Assembly (NCBI GenBank): GCA_043819555.1
Contig: JBDREQ010000015.1
Location: 1-52,126, forward strand
DNA: 52,126 nucleotides
Direction of reading: 5' to 3'
DNA from: Candidatus Zixiibacteriota bacterium
Lineage (GTDB): Bacteria > Zixibacteria > MSB-5A5 > GN15 > JAAZOE01
The notes beneath the pieces were generated by a model. That model did not search any database, was not told where the DNA came from, and saw only the letters and a program-made list of their open reading frames with translations. Each line of letters starts with the position of its first letter. Within the stretch, counting starts at the first letter, position 1. The position numbers were made by a program, and so were the translations under genes. This document shows positions 1-10,611 of this stretch, in pieces.

Positions 1-688
1 CAAATGGCATTTTCCCGGTGACCATGCGATATAAAAGAATACCGAATGAAAAAATATCACTGCGGGTATCGATTAATTCCCCGCGAATTTGCTCGGGCGA
101 CATGTATGAGACGGTTCCGATAATTTTTCCGCTTTGTGTCAGATCCTGCGAAACTGTATCAGTACTCTCGCCAGCTGTGTCGGTTTGAAAGGTATCTATA
201 GGTTTTGCCAATCCAAAGTCGAGAATTTTGGGATGATTGGTTTCATCAATGATTATATTACTGGCTTTGATATCGCGGTGAATGATATTTAATTTATGGG
301 CCGCCGCTAATCCGGCGGCGATGTGCTCCGACAGATGAATAATTTCAGCGATATCAATAATTGGTTTATTCAAGTAGTCCTTGAGAGATTGACCTTCAAT
401 ATGTTCCATGACAATATAGTTAATTTCACGACCGGAATCGGGAAGGGTCACCGAACCAATATCATATATGCCCATGATGTTTTGATGAGTCATTTGTGCA
501 GCCGTGCGGGCTTCTCTCTGAAAACGGCTTTTTCTTTCATCATCCTCGAAAAATTCGGCCAGAAGGATTTTCAGGGCGACGCGGCGTTTTAATTTTGTAT
601 CTTCTGCCAGATAAACCTCGCCCATACCGCCTACGCCAATTTTCTTTACAATTTTGAAATGAGCTATTTGTTGGTTCGGTTCAAGCAT
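1..688 (-). CDS. Hanks-type Ser/Thr protein kinase, N-terminal part; runs off the left edge (not in the ORF track)
   Basis: Manual translation from ATG at 688 (TAATG overlap with the upstream stop): MLEPNQQIAHFKIVKKIGVGGMGEVYLAEDTKLKRRVALKIL...IHRDIKASN...KILDFGLAK...GTVSYMSPEQ...SDIFSFG. The Gly loop, VALK, HRD, DFG and SPE motifs are present. Confidence 0.95.
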   Translation of the reverse strand, partial: MLEPNQQIAHFKIVKKIGVGGMGEVYLAEDTKLKRRVALKILLAEFFEDDERKSRFQREARTAAQMTHQNIMGIYDIGSVTLPDSGREINYIVMEHIEGQSLKDYLNKPIIDIAEIIHLSEHIAAGLAAAHKLNIIHRDIKASNIIIDETNHPKILDFGLAKPIDTFQTDTAGESTDTVSQDLTQSGKIIGTVSYMSPEQIRGELIDTRSDIFSFGILLYRMVTGKMPF

Positions 689-2337
689 TATTCGTCCCTC
701 TTGATAATAATCATGGTTATATCATCCGAACGGGGAGAGTTTCCCATAAAATGATTTATTTCTTTCATGATGATACGCGATAATTGGCCGGGTTGAGAAT
801 TTCTATTTTCGGCAGCCAGTTTTTCAAGACGTTCATCGCCAAATTCTTCATCATCAAAACCAGCCTCGGTAATACCATCGGTAAAAACAATCAGGGAGTC
901 GCTTTCGTTCAAGGTGGTTTTGCTCTCAGTCCATGAGCTAAAATCAAAGGCGCCGATCATAGTCCCTGAAGCTTCAAGAAAATCAATATTTCCATTTTCC
1001 TTTACAAGCAGCGGGGGATTATGTCCGGCATTGACGTAGCACAATTCGTGCGTCCTTGGGTTTATAACAGCGATAAATAATGTGGCGAAATTGTCCGAGG
1101 TACTGTGATGATATACTTGCAGCGACACCTGAGTTACAGCACGCACAAGGTCGAATCCGGTGTCATCAAATAATATTCTAAATGAGGCTAAAATATTCGA
1201 CATTAACAGAGCGGCCCCCATGCCTTTACCGCTGACGTCGGCTAAAAGAAACAGGAGGCGTCCATCGGGCAGGATTGCAAAGTCATATAAATCACCGCCC
1301 ACGGCACGGCATTGTTCCTGTACGGCATGAATGGAATATCCCTGTAATTCCGGAATCTCACTGGTAACTAGTGTCTCCTGAATCAATGAGGCCCGCTTAA
1401 GCTCAGCTTCATAAATCTGCTTTTGTTCCCGCTCATGGAGAAGATTATAATTGGAGAGTTTGGAGGCGATAATATTTCCAACGGTCGCGAACAGACGCAG
1501 GTAATCATCATTATAGCGCTTAACCGGATTAGTTGTATCAGCGTATAGAATTCCAAATACGACATCTTCATCAAAGAGAGGCACAGCCATGGCCGATTTC
1601 AAATCCGATTTGATGATTGACTCTTTACTCGAAAACCGCGGGTCGGCGCTGGCGTCATCAATTACAATGGCGTTTCTATTGGTTAAAATATCGCTCAGGA
1701 TAGTCTGTGAAAGTGAGAAAAAGCCGGGATCATTGCCGCTCGACAAACAACAGGCGGCGGTATATACCTGAGTATGGTCTTCTTTGGTCAAAAGCACAGC
1801 CAAACGCTCATTTGGAATAATTTTGCCTATCAGCGCCAATGATTTCTCAAGCATGACTTCGCGGGGTTCCGGGAGAACCAGCATTTTGGCCATATCAAAG
1901 AGCGTCGGCAGAAGTTCCGGCAATTCGGTTATTTGCGATGGGAGAGGTTTCAATGCTTCGGCCATGGGGAGCAAAACCGATTTTTCGGCATCGGCGGTTC
2001 CCGAAAAGCGAGGTTCGGCTCCGAATTTATCCAAGTCGCTATCATCACCGGATTGTATTTTAAAATCAGTTCGTCCGAATTGAATGCGATCGCCCATTTT
2101 GACAACCGTTTTTTCAATCAGGCGCTCACCATTGATATAGGTGCCGTTGTGGCTGCCTAAATCTTCAATAGATATCGAGCGGCAGTCTTCTTTGACGCAT
2201 ATGCGGGCGTGTCGGCGGGAAATAGTATTATCCGAAATAGTAAAATCACAGGAAGATTTTCGACCCACAATATATTCACCGGGAACGAGTTCCCACGTAT
2301 AAAAACGACTCTCATCGGTTCCAATTAGCTTGATCAC
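688..2337 (-). CDS. FHA-GAF-PP2C (SpoIIE/RsbU-type) protein phosphatase
   Basis: FHA motifs VGRK, ISRRHA, DLGSHNGTYING; central GAF (SAMAVPL, GILYADT); PP2C motifs VGGDLYDF, LADVSGKG, NAGHNPP, FTDGITEA, DDIT. Confidence 0.92.
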   Translation of the reverse strand: MIKLIGTDESRFYTWELVPGEYIVGRKSSCDFTISDNTISRRHARICVKEDCRSISIEDLGSHNGTYINGERLIEKTVVKMGDRIQFGRTDFKIQSGDDSDLDKFGAEPRFSGTADAEKSVLLPMAEALKPLPSQITELPELLPTLFDMAKMLVLPEPREVMLEKSLALIGKIIPNERLAVLLTKEDHTQVYTAACCLSSGNDPGFFSLSQTILSDILTNRNAIVIDDASADPRFSSKESIIKSDLKSAMAVPLFDEDVVFGILYADTTNPVKRYNDDYLRLFATVGNIIASKLSNYNLLHEREQKQIYEAELKRASLIQETLVTSEIPELQGYSIHAVQEQCRAVGGDLYDFAILPDGRLLFLLADVSGKGMGAALLMSNILASFRILFDDTGFDLVRAVTQVSLQVYHHSTSDNFATLFIAVINPRTHELCYVNAGHNPPLLVKENGNIDFLEASGTMIGAFDFSSWTESKTTLNESDSLIVFTDGITEAGFDDEEFGDERLEKLAAENRNSQPGQLSRIIMKEINHFMGNSPRSDDITMIIIKRDE

Positions 2338-2618
2338 TGTTGGTTTTCTTTATATCCGCTGCCGGGATTGTCCCTAGCGTATTTGTTAAATATTAAATAG
2401 CCGCCATCCTTATTTAATAATAAGCAATAACCCATACTATACGCAACACAAATGAATTTATTCAAAAGAAGGGGAGAAATTTCCGGAATCTCTATAATAT
2501 ATCTCTTTTATTTTAGGAGGTAATATAATCAAGTTGCTTTTTTCTTGTTATATTTGTAAATTGATCTTTAGTGCTTTTCTCTATTGGGCGTTCTTGATTA
2601 AAATAACAAAGGGTTTTC

Positions 2619-5150
2619 GTGAAATATCGAACTCAAATTATCGCTTGGGTAATTTGTTGTGCCGCGGGGTCGTGGGTGATTTATGCTTTGGCTGACTATT
2701 TCATTTTCTATTCGGGTATTGGGTTTTGGGATTTATTGATATTTAATGTCCCCACACATGAATTATATATAAGGACCGTGGCATTTATCGTTATTCTCAT
2801 TCTGGGATTATCAATTGAGCGAATTTATCAAAAATGGTACGGCGCTGAAAAAAGGTTGCTTGAGCAGGAGCAATGGCATTCAATGACGCTGAAAAGTATT
2901 GGCGATGCTGTAATAGCCACCAATAACAATGGTAAAATTACTTTTTTAAATATAATCGCCGCAAATTTAACAGGTTGGGACGAAAAAGAGGCGATTGGAA
3001 GGAAGTTAGAGGAAGTTTTTACTATTGTTGATAAGTTTACCGGAGAAAAAGCTGTTAATCCAATCGAGCGGATCTTAAAAGAAGGTATAATTGTCAGACT
3101 TGCCAATCATACTGAATTGATATCAAAAGATGGAGACAAATATCCGATTGTTGATAGCGGCGCCCCAATAAAGGATAATCAGGGGAATCTCATAGGCACG
3201 GTTTTGGTGTTTAATGATATCTCTGAAAGAAGAAGCGTGGAGAGGGTGATCTGCACCGAAAGAGATCGAGCTCAACAGTATCTGGATTTAGCCGGCGTTA
3301 TACTTTTATCCATTGATACCAATCAGAACATAACATTAATTAATAAAAAGGGATGCGAGGTTTTAGGCTATGATTCCGAAGATGAATTGTTGGGAAAAAA
3401 TTGGTTTGATTGTTGCCTGCCTGCCGCCATACGCGAGCAGGTCAAAGGAGTTTTTAATCAACTTATAGCGGACAATCTTGAACCGATTGAGTTTTATACG
3501 AATTCGGTTATTACAAAATCCGGCGAAGAGAGGATGATAGCCTGGCATAATACATTGATTCGAAATGAAAGCGGAGAAATAATTGCCAGTTTGAGTTCGG
3601 GAGAGGATATTACTGAAAGGGTGAAAGCCGAAGATGAATTAAAGACTTCCGAAGAGCGATTCAGGGCTATTTTTGAATCGGCCAACGACGCCATATATAT
3701 TAAAAATAGGGATTTGGTGTATACAAATATTAATTCAGCAACTAAGCGAATATTCAATTGCAAGGCACAGGATTTTATAGGAAAACCAAACCAGGCTTTA
3801 TTTGATATCGAAAATGAACATAAGTCGGATAAGAAGGTCTTTGCCGGCCACATTGTCAATGAAGAAATATCGGTAGCAATTGGGGGAAAGACGAGATCTT
3901 TTCACAATATAAAAGTTCCAATGCGCGACAATGCCGGTACGATATATGGGATATGCGGCATTGCCCGAGAAATTACGGAAACAAAAATCTTACAGGAACT
4001 TACGGAACGGACTCAAAGACTTGAAACGGCGGGACGGATCGCCGGGCAGGTTGCGCATGATTTCAATAATCTCCTGGGACCCTTGATGGCTTATCCTGAA
4101 TTAATGAAAGAAGAGTTGCCCGACGATCATCCACTGATTCAATATATCGAGGATATCGAAAAGTCGGCCAGGCAAATTGCTGATATTAATATGCAGCTTC
4201 TGACATTGGGACAAAGAGGCTATTATAATCAAGAGTTGCTGAATGTAAATGATATAATCCGCCAAATCATCAAACAGCAGCCAATGGAGCTGGAGACTAT
4301 CAAATTCTCTGCCGAATTGGAAGAAGGTTTGATGAATATTAAGGGGGGGGCTTCTCAAATTTATCGAATAATTTCAAATCTGATGACTAACGCAACCGAC
4401 TCGATCAAAAATGGCGGTGAATTAGTCGTCAGGACGGAGAATTATTATGTCGATACGAAAACTGGCAGTTATGGCGGGATCAGCAAGGGGGAATATGTAA
4501 AAATTACAATAAGAGATTCCGGATGCGGCATATCGCCGGATATTATCGCCAATATATTTGATCCTTTTTTCACCACCAAAGCCACCGATAAGACTCGCGG
4601 TTCGGGTTTGGGATTGAGCGTTGTTCATGCCGTAATGAGCGATCATAATGGATTTATTGATCTTGAGAGCGAGTTGGGGAAGGGATCCTCTTTTTATCTG
4701 TATTTCCCGGCGACCCGCGAATCCATATCCAGGGAACCGGAACAGGATGAAGTGGTTGGCGGCAAGGAATCAATTTTGGTCGTGGATGATGATACAGTTC
4801 AAAGAGAAGTGATCAAAGTTATATTAAATCGTTTAGGGTATAAAGTCTATACCGTGGAAAGCGGTGAAATGGCATTGGATATCCTCGGTAACGAGAGTTA
4901 TGATTTGTTGCTCCTTGATATGATAATGCCACCCGGCATTGATGGAGTTGAAACTTATCGCGGGGCGCTAAAGATTAATCCCTTTCAAAAAGCAATTGTA
5001 ATTTCCGGTTATGCCAAATCTGAGCGCGTACAGGAGGCGTTAAAACTAGGAGTCGGGGCATTTGTCAGAAAACCTATGACAATGCGCGTTCTGGCGACGG
5101 CAGTGCGAGCTGAGTTGGATAAAGTCGGCGTGGACGACGGCAAGGCTTAA
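2619..5150 (+). CDS. Membrane-bound hybrid sensor histidine kinase (2 TM, 3 PAS, HisKA, HATPase, receiver)
   Basis: N-terminal TM helices; PAS repeats; H-box AGQVAHDFNNLL; NLMTNA, DSGCGI, FDPFFTTK, GSGLGL; receiver ILVVDDD...LLDMIMP...KP. Confidence 0.93.
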   Translation: MKYRTQIIAWVICCAAGSWVIYALADYFIFYSGIGFWDLLIFNVPTHELYIRTVAFIVILILGLSIERIYQKWYGAEKRLLEQEQWHSMTLKSIGDAVIATNNNGKITFLNIIAANLTGWDEKEAIGRKLEEVFTIVDKFTGEKAVNPIERILKEGIIVRLANHTELISKDGDKYPIVDSGAPIKDNQGNLIGTVLVFNDISERRSVERVICTERDRAQQYLDLAGVILLSIDTNQNITLINKKGCEVLGYDSEDELLGKNWFDCCLPAAIREQVKGVFNQLIADNLEPIEFYTNSVITKSGEERMIAWHNTLIRNESGEIIASLSSGEDITERVKAEDELKTSEERFRAIFESANDAIYIKNRDLVYTNINSATKRIFNCKAQDFIGKPNQALFDIENEHKSDKKVFAGHIVNEEISVAIGGKTRSFHNIKVPMRDNAGTIYGICGIAREITETKILQELTERTQRLETAGRIAGQVAHDFNNLLGPLMAYPELMKEELPDDHPLIQYIEDIEKSARQIADINMQLLTLGQRGYYNQELLNVNDIIRQIIKQQPMELETIKFSAELEEGLMNIKGGASQIYRIISNLMTNATDSIKNGGELVVRTENYYVDTKTGSYGGISKGEYVKITIRDSGCGISPDIIANIFDPFFTTKATDKTRGSGLGLSVVHAVMSDHNGFIDLESELGKGSSFYLYFPATRESISREPEQDEVVGGKESILVVDDDTVQREVIKVILNRLGYKVYTVESGEMALDILGNESYDLLLLDMIMPPGIDGVETYRGALKINPFQKAIVISGYAKSERVQEALKLGVGAFVRKPMTMRVLATAVRAELDKVGVDDGKA

Positions 5151-5166
5151 TTTATATAAGTTCAAA

Positions 5167-5676
5167 TTACCAGCGATTAAACCTTACTTTTGATTTGGCA
5201 AACCGGTTTGATGGTTCTTTCGATTCGGCCGGATAGCCCAGGGATATCAGGGCGACCGGTTGAATATGTTCCGGAAGCTTTATAAGATTTTTTATTCCCT
5301 CGATACGTTCTTTCCTCGGAAAAATTCCCAGCCAGACCGCTCCAAGACCCAACGCATGAGCGGCAATCAGGATGTTTTGTGTGGCGGCCGAACAGTCAAG
5401 ATAGATATATTCGGGATGCGAAACGGCTGTGGTGTCGCCGCATATTAATATCGCGAGAGGTGCCTGCGCCAGCATTTTTGAATAAGGGTGGAATGAGGGG
5501 ATGGCGTCGAGAGTTTTTCGGTCGTTAATAATAACAAAATGCCACGGTTGAATATTATTGGCCGAGGGCGCGGCCATGGCCGCCCGCAGAAGGGTTTCAA
5601 TCTTTTCTTCCGGTATTATTTTATCAGCATATTGGCGGATACTCCGCCGGCCGAGAATAGCTTCAATTGCGTCCAT
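5167..5676 (-). CDS. Nitroreductase family protein
   Basis: RRSIRQY, AAPSANNIQPWHF, AATQNILIAAHALGLGAVWLG, ISLGYPAE motifs. Confidence 0.93.
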   Translation of the reverse strand: MDAIEAILGRRSIRQYADKIIPEEKIETLLRAAMAAPSANNIQPWHFVIINDRKTLDAIPSFHPYSKMLAQAPLAILICGDTTAVSHPEYIYLDCSAATQNILIAAHALGLGAVWLGIFPRKERIEGIKNLIKLPEHIQPVALISLGYPAESKEPSNRFAKSKVRFNRW

Positions 5677-5742
5677 ATTATATTCTCCTAAGGAACATTA
5701 ATATCCTATTGATTTAAACGAGGCAAGTAATTTAAATGTAAT

Positions 5743-5770
5743 AAAAAAGGCCGGGACAACCGGCCTTTTT
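5743..5770 (-). terminator. Intrinsic terminator after the C10 peptidase gene
   Basis: AAAAGGCCGG-gacaa-CCGGCCTTTT hairpin with A/T runs on both sides, about 25 nt downstream of the stop at 5795. Confidence 0.8.
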
Positions 5771-5794
5771 GTTTGGATTAATTTTCAATCGCGG

Positions 5795-8700
5795 TTATTT
5801 GGCGCATCCGGGAGGCGGGCCGCCTTTGAAAGCGTGATTTATCAAATAGACGGCGTCACCGACATTAACCTGAGCATCACAATTAGCGTCGCCCATGATG
5901 AACGGAACCGGCGGCGGGCCACTTTTAAATACGTGGTTGATGAGGTAAACGGCATCGCCAACGTTTATGTTACGATCAGCGTTGGCGTCACCTTCCAGCA
6001 TGGTCATGTATATTCTGATATTGGAACAAACTGTTTGAGCTCCAAACAGGTCGGTTGCGACAACTTTCCAGTAATAGTCAAGCCCGTATTCCAATGGTGC
6101 TGTTAAGCTGTACTCCTCGGCAGTCAGATCATAAAATGATTTGGGTGAGGCAAAATCGCTGTATTTGGAATACCGGAGCATATAGGTGAATTCGTCGTTG
6201 AGATCAGGGTCTGAGGTAGCTGTCCAGGTGAAAGTCGGGAGGAGGTTTTCCATCAAGATGGCACTGTCAGGGTTGGTCAATTCAAATGGGGCCGGCGGTT
6301 GATTGGAAGCATTGACGCAGAACGAGGCCAGTTCCGACCATTCGGTGCCATCCTCAAGGGCATCATCGGCGCGAACTCTCCAGTAAGACATCTGGTCTTC
6401 TCCGAGAGATACAGGAACCTGCCATGTAACCGGATTGGAACCACCAGGCTGATCGTCGGCTGAAGCGATGAGCGTAGTCATAGACATATCCGCATATACT
6501 TCATAACTGTAATCTACGGCCAACCCATCGGGATCAGGGGCGGTGTCATGAGAAAGTTCCGGGCTGCTTGACGTCACCATCTCCTCATTATCAGGGGATA
6601 ATCCGACAGGCGGGTCAGGCAGGCCGTTCATGGCGAAATCGGTCGAAACCCAATCGGACCAATATAGACTATTGGAAACTCGAACGCGGACAAAATATGT
6701 AGTTCCGTCCATTAATTCACTGCCCAAATATGTCGCTGATGTTTCACTTCCCGCTACCGGGCCGGTATCCCACATATCGATGAAATACCAGTCAGCATTG
6801 CTGGTTACCTGAATTTGATAATGCGATTGAGGAGCGGCATCACCGTCATAATAAGACCATGAAAAATCGGGAATATGATCGGTCATGTGATCCGGATCTC
6901 CGGGAGCGACACTGATACCGGATGCGCTCGGTGGACTGGGAGGACCGGCCGTGCCGAAGAAATCCATAATATAAGCCATCATACTGTCACGAGAAACAAA
7001 GCGATCGGGATCGTTTCTGATGGCTTCAAAACCAAATGCAAAAAAGACTGTTTTGTAATCCTCTCCGGAATATGAAACGGCGGCGTAATGTTCTCCCGAT
7101 ACATATCTCGCCTCGGCTATTCCGCCGTTGACGGGCGTTATGCGTTCGGTGTTAGTTTGATTATCAGCTCCGGATGAGCCATAAACAACAAGAGTATCAT
7201 TGAGATTCAAAACTTGCGCCCCGGATTCGGCGATAATAATCGGAGAATAAGTTCCAGATTGATATTCTGTTTTGAGGTAGTTGTTTAACAAATCGGGGTC
7301 GTCAATGGCCAGTTGTGACGCGATTCCCTGACCGGTCAGAAAGAGGTTGCCTCCGTCATCAAGATATCTTTTTATAGTAGCAATATTTGTCGAATTTAAA
7401 GTAGTTGCGCGGTCGTCGCCGGTGAACCATATCACGAAATCGTATTTGTTAAGCTCGCTGAGCGGGGGAGGATTAAGGCTGGCATAAGTCCAGACGCTGC
7501 AGGGCATGCGGATGTTGTCAAAGCAACCCTTGAAATAATTCTCATAAGTCTTGTAGTTGTCGTCATCTATGAGGATTATGTTTGTGGAACCGATTGAAAT
7601 AGCGCCGGAAAATTGTTCGGTATCCTGACCGCCATTCCATGAGATATTTATAAAGAATGAATCAATACGGGAGATGTAATCGACCGGGATTTCAAAAACA
7701 AACGGGTCGCCGTAGCTGGTAACTGAATCGAAGGCTGGAATCAAAGCAAAAAATGAGGCATCGTCGGTAATAGTTATTGTCCCATCATCAATTGTTAAAG
7801 TAGCCGAGATATTTTCGAGCGGGGCACCGCCATAATTGGCCAATGTAAAGTACATCTTAATAGTTTCACCGGCTTCCGGAATCCCATCGCCGTCTCCCAA
7901 ATCAGTATCAGAGATTTCATGTCCGCCCTTGTAAGGAGCTCCATTGAGAGGAATGATATTGACAACCATACCTTCAACCATGGGATTACATCCAGGCCAC
8001 GGACAATAAACATTATCAAGGGTATACCAGCTGTTTTGGCTCCCACCCCATCCATAATTCATGTGGTATTGCTTGGTTGTCCCAATTTCACGCCAGCCAT
8101 CACAGACAATGGCGTGGCTATAAATCCTGTAAAGAGTCGGACGGTTTTTATCAATATTTTCTTTGATAAGATCAAACCATCCGTCGGCAGAATAACTGCT
8201 TCTATAGGCTCGACTTGCAGATTCGTCATATTGAAAATACTGAGGGAATATATATTCACCTTCTAACGTATATGCTCCTGAACCACAGGTGCCGTAATTC
8301 ATTTCATAAGCGACACCCATTTCGTAGCTTATTTCCGCTACGCTGGCGTTAGAATGGTCGTAAGTATAAGGGTCAGAGAAATCGGCATAGAGGGTTTGGC
8401 CGGGTGATGATCCGTCGCAATCCGGATCATTATCACCTCCCCAGTAATAAGAATGACTTCCAGTACCTTCCGGCGGCCATTGATGATAATAAATGATTTG
8501 AGATGCCGCCGTTGATACACATCCAACATAGCATCTGCGTCCCAAGTATCCGGTAGGACATAGGCTATTATAAGGATAACTCTGGTGCCATACTGTAGAT
8601 AAAAGGGGACCGACGGTGGAAGTAGTACCCAACAGACCTTTATTCATGGTCTGGTTGAAATCTTTTTCAGATACGGTAAATTCATTCCAGGCTTGTTCGT

Positions 8701-9169
8701 TTTTTCTATCAAATAACGGCTCAGTTCCCGTTTGAGTAGTTTCGAGACTGCCGTAAATTTCGGTGTAAATATCCATGCGGCTTTTTAACACCTGCCGGAA
8801 CATCAGAGACATACCGCCGTCGTCTTCATTGATATTCAATGAAGTTTCCTCGGAGTATGCTTTTACTGGCGCCAATTCACGCAGGGCCGGTACAACAATA
8901 AAGCCGCTGGGGGAGATAGAGTAGTATCTTCCCAAAAGGGTATCGTTTTCTATAATATCCTGTGAATTTTCAATTTCCGGATATAAACTGCCGCCCCAGC
9001 TCCCCAGTTCTTTTACAACCTGGCTGAGCCAATTTTTACATACCTGATCCATTTCATTTTCGGTCGCGATTGTGGCAAAAGCGGAATTGGAAAATAAAAT
9101 CATAATGGCCAAACTAATAAATCCGGCTGTTGCGAATCTACGCGCGTGGTGTAAAAATTCTTTTAACAT
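5795..9169 (-). CDS. Secreted C10 (streptopain-like) cysteine peptidase with propeptide, beta-sandwich domains and C-terminal dockerin-like domain
   Basis: Signal peptide; GPLLSTVWHQSYPYN, VGCVSTAASQIIYYHQWP (catalytic Cys), HAIVCDG (His), YHMNYGWGG; duplicated GDAN...VGDAVYLINH.FK tail. Start placed at ATG 9169 (GGGAG RBS); the ORF track gives 9184. Confidence 0.88.
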   Translation of the reverse strand: MLKEFLHHARRFATAGFISLAIMILFSNSAFATIATENEMDQVCKNWLSQVVKELGSWGGSLYPEIENSQDIIENDTLLGRYYSISPSGFIVVPALRELAPVKAYSEETSLNINEDDGGMSLMFRQVLKSRMDIYTEIYGSLETTQTGTEPLFDRKNEQAWNEFTVSEKDFNQTMNKGLLGTTSTVGPLLSTVWHQSYPYNSLCPTGYLGRRCYVGCVSTAASQIIYYHQWPPEGTGSHSYYWGGDNDPDCDGSSPGQTLYADFSDPYTYDHSNASVAEISYEMGVAYEMNYGTCGSGAYTLEGEYIFPQYFQYDESASRAYRSSYSADGWFDLIKENIDKNRPTLYRIYSHAIVCDGWREIGTTKQYHMNYGWGGSQNSWYTLDNVYCPWPGCNPMVEGMVVNIIPLNGAPYKGGHEISDTDLGDGDGIPEAGETIKMYFTLANYGGAPLENISATLTIDDGTITITDDASFFALIPAFDSVTSYGDPFVFEIPVDYISRIDSFFINISWNGGQDTEQFSGAISIGSTNIILIDDDNYKTYENYFKGCFDNIRMPCSVWTYASLNPPPLSELNKYDFVIWFTGDDRATTLNSTNIATIKRYLDDGGNLFLTGQGIASQLAIDDPDLLNNYLKTEYQSGTYSPIIIAESGAQVLNLNDTLVVYGSSGADNQTNTERITPVNGGIAEARYVSGEHYAAVSYSGEDYKTVFFAFGFEAIRNDPDRFVSRDSMMAYIMDFFGTAGPPSPPSASGISVAPGDPDHMTDHIPDFSWSYYDGDAAPQSHYQIQVTSNADWYFIDMWDTGPVAGSETSATYLGSELMDGTTYFVRVRVSNSLYWSDWVSTDFAMNGLPDPPVGLSPDNEEMVTSSSPELSHDTAPDPDGLAVDYSYEVYADMSMTTLIASADDQPGGSNPVTWQVPVSLGEDQMSYWRVRADDALEDGTEWSELASFCVNASNQPPAPFELTNPDSAILMENLLPTFTWTATSDPDLNDEFTYMLRYSKYSDFASPKSFYDLTAEEYSLTAPLEYGLDYYWKVVATDLFGAQTVCSNIRIYMTMLEGDANADRNINVGDAVYLINHVFKSGPPPVPFIMGDANCDAQVNVGDAVYLINHAFKGGPPPGCAK

Positions 9170-9361
9170 CTGTGCTCCCATCACAAGTTAGATGCCTTCA
9201 ATTAACCCGATGCCAGTTCCTTACAGGTTATCGGCAAATTTAATGACTATTTCAATTTCTTCCAAGACATACGTTTGTATCTTAGAAAAAGAAGTTAGTA
9301 ATTTTGAACGGCGGTCCATGCTGTAGTTCCAATGCAGAACTTTTTAGCCCTCTTTGGATTA

Positions 9362-9389
9362 AATATACCCAAATTCAGATAATTGACAA
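9362..9389 (-). promoter_or_regulatory. Putative sigma70-type promoter for the C10 peptidase gene
   Basis: Minus strand TTGTCA-N16-TATATT, the same pattern seen before several other genes in the window. Confidence 0.45.
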
Positions 9390-9591
9390 TAGTTTTATTG
9401 CTTCAGGCCTAAAAAAATGTCGGAAAAGGAGTTGGAGGGGAATTATCTACTATTTGGAATTGGAACGAAACACATGAGTCATAAATTGCGTATTGATAGA
9501 CAAAGAAGCTATCGGCGAAGGACAGGCAACGCTTTATTGAATTATATCGTCTAATCTATAGAAGAAGAGCATTAAAGGAGGTTACTCTAAG

Positions 9592-10545
9592 ATGTCAAAT
9601 CTCAAGAAAGTAGCATTGGCGTTATTTATTATCCTGTCAGCAATGTCGGTAACGACCTGGGCAGGGATAAAACATGAAATCACTCGTAATTTTGAGGTAT
9701 CTCCAGGCGGCGAATTAACAATTGATACAGAAATTGGATCTATTGAGATTAAGGCATCAGATCAAAGCAATATTGGCATTGAAGTTATCCTTGATTCCAA
9801 AACCAGGGATGAAGAACGCGCGCAGGAAATGTTTGATGATTTCGAAATTACATTTAATCAAGATGGCGACGCAATTGAGATTTTTGCCGAGTATTTTGGC
9901 AATGATACAAGGCGATGGAATATATTTGGCACAGGAAGACGAATATCGTTACAGGCGGAATTTATCATAACTGTTCCGCAAAAATTCAATGTTTACGCCA
10001 AGACTTCGGGCGGGAGCATTCATGTAGGCGATTTGGAAGGTGAAGTCGATGTCCGGACTTCTGGCGGTTCGCTTCGATTTGACAATATATCAGGCCCAGT
10101 CAAGGGTAAGACGTCGGGTGGAGGCATTATGCTCCAAAGCTGCAAGGGGCGCGCTGATGTTTCTACTTCGGGAGGTTCAATCGAAATTGGACGTGTTGAG
10201 GGAGAAGTGTCGGCTCATACTTCAGGGGGCGGCATCGAAGTTGAAGAAGTTATGGGAGAGATTGACGCTTCGACGTCGGGCGGTTCGATTTATGCCCGGA
10301 TTAGCGAGCAGCCCCGGGGCGATTGTCGATTGACGACATCCGGAGGAGGAATAACGGTTTATTTATCTCCCGATATCAATGTATATGTTGACGCTCGTAC
10401 CAGTTCGGGCAGAGTAAAATCTGATTTTGAAGTGTCTTCCGGCAATCGCAAGAAAAAATCATCATTGAGAGGTGAAATAGGCAAAGGCGGGCCTGAATTG
10501 TATTTAAGGACTTCCGGAGGCAGTATCAGAATTATTGAAGATTAG
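9592..10545 (+). CDS. Secreted DUF4097-type beta-strand repeat (adhesin-like) protein
   Basis: Signal peptide, repeated xTSGGxI motifs, strong AAGGAGG RBS. Confidence 0.85.
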   Translation: MSNLKKVALALFIILSAMSVTTWAGIKHEITRNFEVSPGGELTIDTEIGSIEIKASDQSNIGIEVILDSKTRDEERAQEMFDDFEITFNQDGDAIEIFAEYFGNDTRRWNIFGTGRRISLQAEFIITVPQKFNVYAKTSGGSIHVGDLEGEVDVRTSGGSLRFDNISGPVKGKTSGGGIMLQSCKGRADVSTSGGSIEIGRVEGEVSAHTSGGGIEVEEVMGEIDASTSGGSIYARISEQPRGDCRLTTSGGGITVYLSPDINVYVDARTSSGRVKSDFEVSSGNRKKKSSLRGEIGKGGPELYLRTSGGSIRIIED

Positions 10546-10578
10546 AGTACTTTATTATACATTATTCATAGCTTGCTA

Positions 10579-10611
10579 AAACCCGCTCTTTTGATTCATT
10601 TGAGCGGGTTT
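10579..10611. terminator. Hairpin between convergent genes (probable bidirectional terminator)
   Basis: AAACCCGCTC...GAGCGGGTTT 10-bp inverted repeat followed by a T-rich run. Confidence 0.65.

Noticed and set aside
323..592. 89-aa plus-strand ORF
   Set aside because: Antisense to the Ser/Thr kinase, which has all catalytic motifs.
9185..9360. Riboswitch in the long leader of the C10 peptidase gene
   Set aside because: I could not identify conserved cores of known riboswitch classes by eye; an Rfam scan would be needed.
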